This document shows, piece after piece, positions 1-8,568 of a stretch of 37,071 nt of DNA. The notes beneath the pieces were generated by a model. It saw only the letters and a program-made list of their open reading frames with translations, was not told the origin of the DNA and did no database searches. Source of the stretch: a virus (Duplodnaviria; Caudoviricetes); the IMG/VR virus record IMGVR_UViG_3300032212_000078, positions 1 to 37,071 of that record, one strand, 5' to 3'. Made by a program: the position numbers and the translations under genes. The first letter of the stretch is position 1. Each line of letters starts with the position of its first letter.

Positions 1-1
1 G

Positions 2-91
2 CCTCATAATGGTAGTGCGATTGCGCATCTCTTTAATCGCCATCGACTGGGACGTTTGCTGCTGGGTAAAAGCGCACTGTGTGGCCTGTTG
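2..91 (+). pseudogene. Host CDS fragment interrupted by the phage left end, possibly alpha/beta hydrolase
   Basis: Open frame PHNGSAIAHLFNRHRLGRLLLGKSALCGLL up to the phage TG. PHxGS resembles the lipase/esterase (T)PHxGS motif. Confidence 0.4.
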
Positions 92-118
92 TGTGACTAG
101 ACGTTTAGTATGAAAGAT
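92..118 (+). repeat. Left-end transposase binding site L1
   Basis: TGTGACT-AGACGTTTAGTATGAAAGAT shares the core RnAC-N3-TARTWTG with the right-end sites. Confidence 0.75.
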
Positions 119-120
119 AT

Positions 121-155
121 GGGATTAAGCGGGATTGGCCGGGATTTTTCGGGAA
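121..155 (+). repeat. Four GGGA(TT) direct repeats in 10-bp phase (candidate pac or end-organising site)
   Basis: GGGATT at 121, 131, 141 and GGGAAA at 151. Confidence 0.6.
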
Positions 156-243
156 AATTAAACAATACAACGACTTAAATAGCTCTGACATCAATTCCGC
201 GAAAATCTGCGAGACACACTTTTGATGCGCCAAATAACGACGT

Positions 244-262
244 GGACAAGTAGTTTGAAACT
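244..262 (+). repeat. Internal left-end transposase binding site (L2/L3-like)
   Basis: GGACAAGTAGTTTGAAACT matches the L1/R1/R2 core. Confidence 0.6.
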
Positions 263-316
263 CTAGTGTAAAATTATACAGTGATCGCTGTCGATTAAAT
301 GATATATATTTTGTGT

Positions 317-469
317 ATGAATAATCGTATGAAGAAGAAGGTAGAGCACCTACTAGCTAGCACTTATCAAAAACGATGTAGCTGTCGTCAGGATGATGTG
401 AGGCTGATTTTTATGTCTCTAATGACCGCAGGCCTAATATTAAGCTGGGTACACATCGTTGTCCTTTAA
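317..469 (+). CDS. Small hypothetical membrane protein (46-50 aa)
   Basis: ORF read by hand: MNNRMKKKVEHLL...LIFMSLMTAGLILSWVHIVVL, with a C-terminal hydrophobic helix. AT-rich, no clear RBS. Confidence 0.35.
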   Translation: MNNRMKKKVEHLLASTYQKRCSCRQDDVRLIFMSLMTAGLILSWVHIVVL

Positions 470-555
470 GTAATAGCTTTCTATCATTAATCAGAACTCC
501 GTTATAGTCGATATTGTAAGTAGACGCTTACAATAAAAATATATGGAGATTGAGC

Positions 556-768
556 ATGACCACTAAGTACGTGCTTCTAACTGCTTTTTTTGTGCTAACG
601 GGGTTTATCATCGCACCTGAATACAAAGCCTATTACACTCACTCAATGCATGAAAGTGAAATAGAACGCGCGGAAATTGAAGCAGAAAAGATTAAGATAA
701 TCGGTGCTGCCCTTAAAGGAAATGAAAGCTATATCGAGTACGAGAAGGCGCTTAGCTCGCCAAATTAA
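556..768 (+). CDS. Small single-pass membrane protein resembling the C-terminal coiled coil of SPFH/band-7-like phage proteins
   Basis: GGAG RBS at 545-548, ATG at 556, N-terminal TM segment, RAEIEAEKIKIIGAALKGNESY. Confidence 0.6.
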   Translation: MTTKYVLLTAFFVLTGFIIAPEYKAYYTHSMHESEIERAEIEAEKIKIIGAALKGNESYIEYEKALSSPN

Positions 769-1264
769 TCAGTCGAACAATCTTATTAGTGTCTGGTTCG
801 CTTTCTTCCTGGCTAAATTCCTCATAAATAATTGAAATTAGTTCTGATTTTTTATCTGGCCTGAGTTCACACCCTCGCTCTTGCAGGACGGTTTCAACCG
901 TTTCTAACACCTCCTGTAACAGCTCGGTATTAACAATCATTTTGCCCGACTGATACGCCACCTCGCCCTCAGCCACCATATTGGGCTGCATAGTCCCTTT
1001 ACCAGTCGCTAGCCATTCTAGTGACGCACCAACCTCTATACATAAGCGTGCTAGTGGTTCAAACGACGGCTTAACATCTTCGCTAATGTAGCGCTGAAGA
1101 GTATCGGTAGACACGCCCGCAATATTTGCGGCCTTTTTTCGAGTGCCAATCCCACGAGACACCTCAGATATTCGTGTTCCGATTCCCTCCAGTTGAAAAG
1201 GAACGCTGTTCCCGTTCTCTCTTCCCTGTTCCTTTTTCCATAATTTACCCATAATTTCAACCAT
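752..1264 (-). CDS. Phage repressor, XRE-type HTH
   Basis: HTH RKKAANIAGVSTDTLQRYI...SLEWLATGKG, divergent from ner, no S24 peptidase domain. Confidence 0.88.
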   Translation of the reverse strand: MVEIMGKLWKKEQGRENGNSVPFQLEGIGTRISEVSRGIGTRKKAANIAGVSTDTLQRYISEDVKPSFEPLARLCIEVGASLEWLATGKGTMQPNMVAEGEVAYQSGKMIVNTELLQEVLETVETVLQERGCELRPDKKSELISIIYEEFSQEESEPDTNKIVRLINLAS

Positions 1265-1343
1265 TTAGTTTAATTTACGCATATATTCTTAAGCCCAAGG
1301 AATCGGAACAAGAAAATATGCTTGCTAAGCACGAATATCTGCG
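1117..1343. promoter_or_regulatory. Operator/enhancer repeats, consensus AMGAAWATMTGC
   Basis: Copies at 1164-1175 (-), 1279-1290 (-), 1310-1321 (+), 1331-1342 (+). Reverse complement of 1165-1186 matches 1299-1320 at 19/22. Related palindrome CCGCAATATTTGCGG at 1117-1131. Confidence 0.7.
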
Positions 1344-1350
1344 GTAACTT
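1322..1350 (+). promoter_or_regulatory. Early promoter (Pe-like), sigma70 type
   Basis: TTGCTA-N17-TAACTT, overlapped by an operator repeat. ner ATG lies 8 nt downstream of the -10. Confidence 0.6.
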
Positions 1351-1358
1351 ATCTACCC

Positions 1359-1634
1359 ATGAGTGAATCAACGCAGACAAAAAAAAGAGTCATAGAGGAT
1401 ATGCATCGTGCTGACATTATCGCTGCATTACGAAAATCCGGTTGGTCGCTACGCAAGCTGTCAAAGCATCACGACTACTCTGATCCCACTACACTCAAAA
1501 CCGCTCTAGATCGACCATGGCCCAAAGGCGAGCGCCTTATCGCTGATGCGATTGGTGTTCCGCCTTCAGATATCTGGCCAACTCGATACCCCCAGAATAC
1601 CACCGTCAGCGGTGCTGTAGATAGAGGCGTATAG
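1359..1634 (+). CDS. ner: Ner/Nlp-family DNA-binding regulator
   Basis: DMHRADIIAALRKSGWSLRKLS...LDRPWPKGERLIADAIGVPPSDIWPTRY. Confidence 0.95.
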   Translation: MSESTQTKKRVIEDMHRADIIAALRKSGWSLRKLSKHHDYSDPTTLKTALDRPWPKGERLIADAIGVPPSDIWPTRYPQNTTVSGAVDRGV

Positions 1635-1749
1635 CGCATGATCATCACTCTCCTGTTTCGTCGATGTGAAAATCATCTCACGCCCCACCAGCGTCACGAT
1701 AGAGCACTCGCGCGCCGCGTTTTGAAACACTCAAAAATCGAGGTTTCCA

Positions 1750-2238
1750 ATGGCTAAACGGAATTGGAAAAAAGCCCAACCCAACAGCCTGCGCCACGCA
1801 CAAGAACTGTGCCTGGAACACGCTCTGGCCAAGCACAACCGGTCAGTGGATAACATTGCCGATTTAATGGGCATTCCCAATAAATGGAACCTCTATAAAT
1901 GGCTGGAAAGTGGCCGGATGCCAGCCATCCTAATTCGCCCCTTTGAGGCCGCCTGCGGCATCGATTTTATGACCCAATACCTTGCTGCATCGTGTCATAA
2001 ATTAATGATCGACATCCCCACAGGGCGCAAGGCATGCCCCCAAAAATTGAATGATGTGCAAGGCTCGTTTGCCGAAGCGATGAACCACCTTATCTGTTTT
2101 TACAACCATAATGGCGAGGCGGATGAAACACTCTCCGCACTCAGCCGAGTCATGAGTGATATCGCCTGGCATCGCGAGAATGTAAAAAAGAGCGCGTCAC
2201 CAGAGCTAGCGTTATTTAACGACGGCGGCGACCAATGA
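1750..2238 (+). CDS. Phage regulatory protein (HTH, CII-like) upstream of transposase
   Basis: HTH-like SVDNIADLMGI..WNLYKWLESG, GAGG RBS, position typical of B3-like phages. Confidence 0.7.
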   Translation: MAKRNWKKAQPNSLRHAQELCLEHALAKHNRSVDNIADLMGIPNKWNLYKWLESGRMPAILIRPFEAACGIDFMTQYLAASCHKLMIDIPTGRKACPQKLNDVQGSFAEAMNHLICFYNHNGEADETLSALSRVMSDIAWHRENVKKSASPELALFNDGGDQ

Positions 2239-4466
2239 ATCAGGAATGGTTCACCACTGCTCATCTTGCTGGTTTGCCACTGCTCCCTAGTACGCCACGA
2301 GGCATCAATAAGATTGCCGATCGTGAATCGTGGGAAAGTAGAAAGCGAGCAAAAGGAAAAGGCCGCGAATACCACATCAACAGCTTGCCAGAAGAAACCC
2401 AACGCCACCTACGCCATCAACAAGCGGTAGCGGCCGTCAACGTCATGAGCGCAGCAACGCCGCTGCCTAACGAAGTCGCACTCGATAAAATCATGGGGCC
2501 GTTAGCAGAATCAACCCAGGCGAGATTAACCAGAAAAGAGCAGTCGTTAAAAGACTTTTCAGCCTTGCCCGCTGGGCCTAAAAAAACACGCGCCAAAGCA
2601 CGTAAATGGACAGTCGAAGCCCTTAACATCTACCGCCAAACCCACGGCGGCACCAAGCAATCGAGCCGTGCCCAGTTTGCCCAGGCATTCAATGACCACA
2701 CGCTCGACAAAGACACCATTGACCCACCACAGTGGGTGCGAGAGCAGATGCCCAAATACAACGGCACTCACACCCTCAGTGCCGCCAGTCTGCACCGCTG
2801 GGAAAATGATCTATTCAACAACGGCATCATGGCTCTGGTCGATAGCTACGGCCAAAACAAAGGCCGCAGCAAAATCGAATGCAATGAAGCACTGAAAAAG
2901 ATCGTACTCGGTACTCTCTTTAAATACCCGCATATCACAGCCAAAGATATCAAAGCCTATATCGAAGCAGGCCACACAGAACTAGATATCGTCTCAATCA
3001 AGGGCATTGATCGCTATATAAAATCGTGGAAAGCAGACAACGCGCAACTGTGGACAAAGATCACCAATCCCGACAAGTGGAAAAATATCTACATGGCTGC
3101 GGTCGGCTCGCATCACGACCAGATCATCCGCCTTAATCAATTATGGGAGATGGATAGCACCCCTGGCGACTGGATGCTCACCGACGGCCGTCACTCCGTA
3201 GTCGGCGTTATTGATATGTATTCACGTCGCCTCAAACTTTACGTATCCAAGACCTCAAAGGCCACCGCCGTTTGTCAGGTGTTCCGCCGTGCAGCCATCG
3301 CGTGGGGTATACCCGAAGCGATCCGAACCGATAACGGCAAAGATTATGTATCTAAGCAGATAGATGAAGTAGTTGAAGCCTTAGAGCTAGAACATGAGGT
3401 ATGTATCCCTTTTGCATCAGAAGAGAAAGGCACCATCGAACGCGCCATGCGTACCATGAGCCACGGCATACTCGATCTACTCCCCGGCTTCATAGGCCAC
3501 AACGTCGCAGAACGTAAAGTGATTGAATCACGCAAAGCCTTCGCGCAACGCATTATGGATAAAGATGCCGTGGTTGATGTGGCGTTATCGAGTGACGATT
3601 TACAAGTAATTCTTGATGAATGGACAGACCACCTCTATATGCACAACATTCATGGTGCTGATGACATGGATGGAAAAACACCCTTCCAAAAAGCATCAGA
3701 ATGGACAGCGCCAGTACGCCGTATCTCAGATGAACGCGTGCTCGATATGCTACTCGCAGAAGTTGCCGGCACATGTTCAATTCAGAAAAAAGGTATCCGA
3801 TTCAAAAAACACTGGTACTGCAACCCCAAACTATTTGAACACATGGACGATCACGAAAAGACAAAGGTCACCATCCGTTACGATGAGCAGGATATCGGGC
3901 GTCTCGCCGTCTATATTTCTGGTTGCTTTATTTGCTGGGCAGAATGCCCTGAATTACTTGGTACCTCGCGCAAAGAAGCGGCGGCAGCCATCAAAGCGCA
4001 TCAGAAAAAATTCCTTAACGAGCAATCGAAACAGTACAAACGGTATAAGAAGGAAATCACCGACAATGTGGCAGATGTCGTTCGCCAACATCAGGTTGAA
4101 CAGAGTCAAAAAATTTACGCCTTTCCACCGAAAAGCACAGAACACACCACGCCAGCCATTCAATCAGTCACCGGGCTAGAAGCATCACAACAACCAACAG
4201 CACCTGAAGAAACAAAACGAGAAAAAGAGATCAAAGAGCAGATCGCCAACAACACATTTAAACCAGTAGTGCTGAATATTACCGAATCAGAAACCCCAGA
4301 AGATCGCTACAGAAGATGGGCAAGAGTCGAGCACCAAATGCAAAATGGTGAGCCAGTGAGCGATGACTTAAAAGCGGCACTAAAACGCTACCAGCAGAGT
4401 AGTGGTTACAAAATGATGAAGGATTTCTTTAAAGAATTTGGCCTCTCCATTGGAGAGGCCAACTAA
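2235..4466 (+). CDS. A: MuA-like DDE transposase
   Basis: N-terminal Mu I-alpha HTH (WFT..LAGLP.LP...GKGREYHINSLP), catalytic WEMDST / RTDNG / KGTIER, Mu-type C-terminal domain. Confidence 0.96.
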   Translation: MNQEWFTTAHLAGLPLLPSTPRGINKIADRESWESRKRAKGKGREYHINSLPEETQRHLRHQQAVAAVNVMSAATPLPNEVALDKIMGPLAESTQARLTRKEQSLKDFSALPAGPKKTRAKARKWTVEALNIYRQTHGGTKQSSRAQFAQAFNDHTLDKDTIDPPQWVREQMPKYNGTHTLSAASLHRWENDLFNNGIMALVDSYGQNKGRSKIECNEALKKIVLGTLFKYPHITAKDIKAYIEAGHTELDIVSIKGIDRYIKSWKADNAQLWTKITNPDKWKNIYMAAVGSHHDQIIRLNQLWEMDSTPGDWMLTDGRHSVVGVIDMYSRRLKLYVSKTSKATAVCQVFRRAAIAWGIPEAIRTDNGKDYVSKQIDEVVEALELEHEVCIPFASEEKGTIERAMRTMSHGILDLLPGFIGHNVAERKVIESRKAFAQRIMDKDAVVDVALSSDDLQVILDEWTDHLYMHNIHGADDMDGKTPFQKASEWTAPVRRISDERVLDMLLAEVAGTCSIQKKGIRFKKHWYCNPKLFEHMDDHEKTKVTIRYDEQDIGRLAVYISGCFICWAECPELLGTSRKEAAAAIKAHQKKFLNEQSKQYKRYKKEITDNVADVVRQHQVEQSQKIYAFPPKSTEHTTPAIQSVTGLEASQQPTAPEETKREKEIKEQIANNTFKPVVLNITESETPEDRYRRWARVEHQMQNGEPVSDDLKAALKRYQQSSGYKMMKDFFKEFGLSIGEAN

Positions 4467-4486
4467 ACCCGCTGTTGGCACAGCGG
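4438..4486 (+). repeat. Two hairpins at the A/B junction
   Basis: Perfect inverted repeat TTGGCCTCTCCA-T-TGGAGAGGCCAA (4438-4462), then CCGCTGT-TGGC-ACAGCGG (4469-4486). Confidence 0.7.
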
Positions 4487-4508
4487 AAACAACTAAGGAG
4501 AGAGAAGC

Positions 4509-5246
4509 ATGACCCAAGAAGAGGCAGTCGTCAACAATATTGCACCGCTTACCAATGTTGCACTCTGTGCAGGTGTATTAGAACAAGCAATCAGCCGCCC
4601 CGGATCACTGCCAGGGCTAGTGAGTTTTTACGGGCCATCGGGTTACGGTAAATCATTCGCCGCCGCCTACGCTGCTAATCGATACAACGCCTATCATGTC
4701 GCCTGTAAAAAATCGTGGACAACAAAAGCATTCCTTCAAAACGTGCTTAAAGAAATGGGCATAAAAGAGGCACGCACCATTTCAGACATGGCCGACCAGG
4801 TCGCAGAACAGCTCTCGCTATCGGGCAGACCGCTAATTATCGATGAGTTCGATTACATGGTCGCAAAAGGTTACGAGGAAATCGTCCGTGATGTTTACGA
4901 AGGCAGCAACGCCGCCATCCTACTGATCGGCGAAGAGCAGCTGGAAACCAATCTATCCGCAAATGAGCGCTTTCATAATCGTGTTTTAAAATGGGTGCCT
5001 GCCCAGCCCGCAACCTATAGTGACGCAGAGCTTTTAAAGCAACTATATTCTCCCAAAATCGTGATCGGCGATGATCTCTTAAAAAAAATAATGACAGCTA
5101 TAAAAGGCTGTACTAGGAGGCTATGCATTAACCTTCACAATGTTCAGTCGTTTGCCATCGATGAAGGCCACTCCCATGTTTCTTTGACAGAATGGGCGGA
5201 TCAACCCATTTACATCGGCAAAGCACCACAAAGGAAGGTGGCGTAA
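4509..5246 (+). CDS. B: MuB-like AAA+ transposition ATPase
   Basis: Walker A GPSGYGKS, Walker B LIIDE, follows transposase. Confidence 0.93.
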   Translation: MTQEEAVVNNIAPLTNVALCAGVLEQAISRPGSLPGLVSFYGPSGYGKSFAAAYAANRYNAYHVACKKSWTTKAFLQNVLKEMGIKEARTISDMADQVAEQLSLSGRPLIIDEFDYMVAKGYEEIVRDVYEGSNAAILLIGEEQLETNLSANERFHNRVLKWVPAQPATYSDAELLKQLYSPKIVIGDDLLKKIMTAIKGCTRRLCINLHNVQSFAIDEGHSHVSLTEWADQPIYIGKAPQRKVA

Positions 5247-5497
5247 TGGTTGAAAAAACACAAGTAAGATTAAACATCCCCATGCGAGATCGTATCTGGC
5301 TGCAAGGTGAAAAACTTCGGGTTGATTTATACAACTACAGATATGAGCGCCTGCAAAATAGAGCATTTAATTTTGATCGCTGGGAAGAGCAATCTGCTTA
5401 TGTCTCAATGGCAAACGGCTTTAAAGACGCGTACCGGCTCGCAAGAACAATATTGCGCCATAACGGCCTAACCCCCGATGTGGAGTGTGCCTTATGA
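5246..5497 (+). CDS. Hypothetical protein (83 aa)
   Basis: TAATG coupling to B stop, AGGTGG RBS, ATGA overlap with next gene. Confidence 0.7.
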   Translation: MVEKTQVRLNIPMRDRIWLQGEKLRVDLYNYRYERLQNRAFNFDRWEEQSAYVSMANGFKDAYRLARTILRHNGLTPDVECAL

Positions 5498-6135
5498 CCA
5501 GAAAATACGTAGGCCGCAAGCCAGTCGATGTATCAACCAACGCAAAACACCCAGAAGGTAGGCAGGTGATGTGGGAGGCAATGCGGCAAAAGAAAACCTT
5601 CTCTACATCAGATGTCGAAGATGTAACACGCATCAAGGTGCCAACCATCCGCACCTATCTTAAAGGTATGGAGAAAGCCGGGTTTATTAAGCGAACGGGG
5701 GAAAATCGAGTTGGCTACTCGCCCACAAGCTTCAAGGCCATTATCTGGCAATTGATTAACGATATCGGCATTGATGCCCCGCGCGTTACTCGCGAGGGGA
5801 AGATAGTCACCCAGGGGGCTGCGCAGCAGAACATGTGGCGCACCATGAAAATAACCGGTGAATTTAACTATGTAGAACTCGCCACGTTAGCAAGTACAAA
5901 AGAGTTTCCGATCAGGCCATCCGCCGCGCGTGATTACATCAAGCACCTCTATCGAGTCGGTTATCTGATGATGACTCAGAAAGAGAAAAAGGGAAACAGA
6001 AGCACGACACCTGCCCGCTATCGCTTTGTAAAAGCCAGAAATACCGGCGGCAAAGCACCCATGGTGCAGCGCATTAAGCAGGTGTTCGATCCCAACCTGG
6101 GCGAAGTCGTTAAGCCCGTGGAGCGCCCGCAATGA
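5494..6135 (+). CDS. Early protein with two winged-helix-like repeats
   Basis: Two related segments, MWEAMR...TIRTYLKGMEKAGFI and MWRTMK...ARDYIKHLYRVGYL. Position after B is typical. Confidence 0.8.
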   Translation: MTRKYVGRKPVDVSTNAKHPEGRQVMWEAMRQKKTFSTSDVEDVTRIKVPTIRTYLKGMEKAGFIKRTGENRVGYSPTSFKAIIWQLINDIGIDAPRVTREGKIVTQGAAQQNMWRTMKITGEFNYVELATLASTKEFPIRPSAARDYIKHLYRVGYLMMTQKEKKGNRSTTPARYRFVKARNTGGKAPMVQRIKQVFDPNLGEVVKPVERPQ

Positions 6136-6497
6136 GCGCATCAATGAATAGAGCCAATCAGTTCTGGAATAACAATCCGCCAGACTGGGTTATCGCACTC
6201 GCCAAAGCCTGCGATGAAAAAGGCCAGAGTCAGAAGAAAGTGGGCGCGTTAATCGGCTATTCAAACTCTGGTATTAATCAAGTGCTGGGGAATCGTTATC
6301 CGTCAGATTTAACCACCTTTGAAAAGGCAGTCAGGGGCGCGTTAATGAACGTCACCGTGCAATGCCCGGTGCTTGATTCAATCCCAGCTAATCGCTGTGT
6401 TGAGATCCAGCGTAGGCCCTACGCCAACACTAATCAAATGCGGGTGCAGTTGTTCCAGGCATGCCGCCAATGCCAACACAACACCACAGAGGGGTGA
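6132..6497 (+). CDS. XRE HTH regulator with C-terminal Cys cluster
   Basis: SQKKVGALIGYSNSGINQVL, CPVL...C...CRQC. Confidence 0.8.
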   Translation: MSASMNRANQFWNNNPPDWVIALAKACDEKGQSQKKVGALIGYSNSGINQVLGNRYPSDLTTFEKAVRGALMNVTVQCPVLDSIPANRCVEIQRRPYANTNQMRVQLFQACRQCQHNTTEG

Positions 6498-6502
6498 GCA
6501 AT

Positions 6503-6751
6503 ATGAATGACCAGGCAATTATCCAAAGATTAAATCAGACCCCAGACATCGTTAGAGCGCTGGCGAAAAAAGGTATCCAGGTTAACGGCATCATGATCAC
6601 AGCAGGTGCGCCAGTAATTGATGTGGTGCCATGTAAGGCCGTCACAGAAATTAGTTCAGCGATTACCAACGTTAATAATCGCGGGGACAGAGGCGCTCCA
6701 GTTAGCTACATCAATTTTCAGGGGTGCAAGGTTCAATGGGTAAATCACTAA
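6503..6751 (+). CDS. Hypothetical protein
   Basis: GAGGGG RBS, ATG at 6503, ends GCKVQW like other small Mu-like early proteins. Confidence 0.7.
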   Translation: MNDQAIIQRLNQTPDIVRALAKKGIQVNGIMITAGAPVIDVVPCKAVTEISSAITNVNNRGDRGAPVSYINFQGCKVQWVNH

Positions 6752-6768
6752 ACACAGGAGGCCATATT

Positions 6769-6900
6769 ATGGATGGGAATATCGGTTATGCAGTAATCAT
6801 TTTCATGGCAGGCGGCTGGTGCGGTTTTATGGCCTGCGCCTTAATCAAAGGCAGTAACGTTCTGGAGTCAAGGCAGGGGGTAAATCATGACGGTCAATGA
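6769..6900 (+). CDS. 43-aa single-TM microprotein (DUF3789-like)
   Basis: Not in the ORF track. AGGAGG RBS; MDGNIGYAVIIFMAGGWCGFMACALIKGSN... Confidence 0.65.
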   Translation: MDGNIGYAVIIFMAGGWCGFMACALIKGSNVLESRQGVNHDGQ

Positions 6901-7516
6901 TCAACACATGATCAACGCGCAGGGGCATCTGGTGCCGACTGCGCTGGTTTCTGATCATGACAAGCTCAAAAATGAGCTGGTTACCAACATCGCTTATGAA
7001 GCGCTGGCACTTAGTCAGCAACTGGTTAATTTAAAGCGCAGAACGTTGGCAGATATCCAGGCGTTCGTGGAACTATCCGCAGAACGCTACAACGCCAGCA
7101 TGGGCGGGAAAAAGGGCAATCTCAGCCTGTTAAGTTTCGACGGCAACACTAAGGTTCAAATCGCCATTAGTGATCACCTGGTATTTGATGAAAAATTACA
7201 GATTGCAAAAGTATTAATCGACGAATGCATTAACGAGTGGATGAGTAAAAGCAACGGCACGGATGATTCACACGTCAACATCAAAGCCCTGGTACAGCAC
7301 GCCTTTCAAGTAGATAGAGAAGGTCAGGTAAACCGCGCGCGAATCCTTAGCCTAAAGAAGATCGATATCAAAGATGAAAAATGGCAAGACGCCATGCGCG
7401 CCATTGCCGATTCAATGACGGTCATCGGCTCCACTCAGTACCTGCGAATTTATCAGCGCAAAGAACCCGGCGCACGCTTTAAACAAGTGTCACTAGACAT
7501 TGCCAACGCCGAGTAA
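6887..7516 (+). CDS. DUF3164 family protein
   Basis: NAQGHLVP, GGKKGNLSLLSFDG, FDEKLQIAKVLIDECI, AFQVDREG, YLRIYQR. Confidence 0.88.
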   Translation: MTVNDQHMINAQGHLVPTALVSDHDKLKNELVTNIAYEALALSQQLVNLKRRTLADIQAFVELSAERYNASMGGKKGNLSLLSFDGNTKVQIAISDHLVFDEKLQIAKVLIDECINEWMSKSNGTDDSHVNIKALVQHAFQVDREGQVNRARILSLKKIDIKDEKWQDAMRAIADSMTVIGSTQYLRIYQRKEPGARFKQVSLDIANAE

Positions 7517-7521
7517 TTCAA

Positions 7522-7659
7522 GCCCGCAACGGGCACGCCCAGCCAGCGGTGGCGTTAAACACTGGCAGTAAGGACGGGTGACTCCTTTCCGCCCAAGACC
7601 TTGCCGGTTAGCCCACGCTAAGGGCTGCACAACTCCCCTGCCACACGTTGTGGCAGGGG
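7522..7659 (+). ncRNA. Candidate structured RNA with pseudoknot and anti-SD loop
   Basis: Five stems, loop-loop complementarity TGGCGT/ACGCTA, loop ACTCCTTTC, final 11-bp hairpin CCCCTGCCACA/TGTGGCAGGGG. Confidence 0.55.
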
Positions 7660-7679
7660 CTTAATTAAAGGAGACCAAC

Positions 7680-8117
7680 GTGACCAAAGCAGCTAAACCA
7701 AGCCAACCAACCAAAGAACAATGGGAAGCCATCACCGAAAAGCTATTCAGTTTTTATAATACCGTTGACCTGATGATTGATGGTTATAAGGTTCAGCTTA
7801 CACTTGTTCGTATTAGTACCTTTAATAATGCAGTGTCAATTTATGTTAATGGGGTTTTTAAAGGCGAGTGGTTTTTAAATAGAGACGAAGTGTGCGAAGA
7901 GCTTCGTCGTTTTTTTCCTTGCGTAGAGGTTAACAGGTGGCCGGTAACGTTAACAAAGGACATGGTGAAAATATTGGGTAAACGAGAAGCCAAAAAGAAG
8001 GGGTATTTTGATAAGGCAAAAAAATATAGCACCCACTGGACATCATTCAGAAGCATGAAATCACACCTAACAAAAAACAACACCAACATCGAATGGTTGA
8101 ATGAAAATGACAGTTAA
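7680..8117 (+). CDS. Hypothetical protein
   Basis: AAGGAG RBS, GTG start, 145 aa, AT-rich. Confidence 0.75.
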   Translation: MTKAAKPSQPTKEQWEAITEKLFSFYNTVDLMIDGYKVQLTLVRISTFNNAVSIYVNGVFKGEWFLNRDEVCEELRRFFPCVEVNRWPVTLTKDMVKILGKREAKKKGYFDKAKKYSTHWTSFRSMKSHLTKNNTNIEWLNENDS

Positions 8118-8568
8118 AAGCAAAGCCATACGCAGCCGTATCGCCATCATTCACATCGGCATCAAGCAGCTCAACATTGCCAACGATGACGGCGACGACG
8201 CCACCGGCCAACTCAGCACATATCAGAAGATGCTAAAGAACCTCACCGGTAAAACTAGCTGCGCCAATATGTCACTGGTCGAGCTGAATAAGGTGATCGA
8301 TTTTCTCAAGCGAAAAAGGCTAGAGATTAAGCCAAAAAAACGCATCGGTAAGCACCACGGTACACCCCACACCATTGATTGTGAGCCACAACTAAAAAAG
8401 ATCGAGGCACTACTCGCAGAGGCTGGCCGCCCATGGTCGTATGCTGTTGGTATGGCTAAAAGAATGTACCAGCGTGAACGGTTGGAGTTCTGCGGTGTTA
8501 CCGAACTGCAAGGCATCATCACTGCTCTGGTAAAAAATGCCGAGAAACAAGGGCGGTTTACCGGATGA
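8101..8568 (+). CDS. gemA: GemA / Mu gp16 (DUF1018) regulatory protein
   Basis: IAIIHIGIKQL...YQKMLKNLTGKTSCANMS..EL.KV...KIEALL. Start may be 8107. Confidence 0.9.
   Translation: MKMTVKSKAIRSRIAIIHIGIKQLNIANDDGDDATGQLSTYQKMLKNLTGKTSCANMSLVELNKVIDFLKRKRLEIKPKKRIGKHHGTPHTIDCEPQLKKIEALLAEAGRPWSYAVGMAKRMYQRERLEFCGVTELQGIITALVKNAEKQGRFTG

Noticed and set aside
1200-1212. GGAACGCTGTTCC as a third late-activator site
   Set aside because: Spacer is 5 nt rather than 4, and the CAAGCC/CTACAG flanks and positioned -10 are missing
1475-1654. 56-aa ORF antisense to ner with AGGAG upstream
   Set aside because: Lies almost wholly opposite conserved ner, with no promoter or motif support
1638-1757. 39-aa plus-strand ORF between ner and the CII-like gene
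   Set aside because: Weak RBS and no recognisable features; may be a coupling leader but cannot be supported
7517-7679. tRNA, CRISPR repeat or hammerhead ribozyme interpretation of the structured gap
   Set aside because: No T-loop GTTC or cloverleaf, no repeat-spacer pattern, no CUGAnGA/GAAA core
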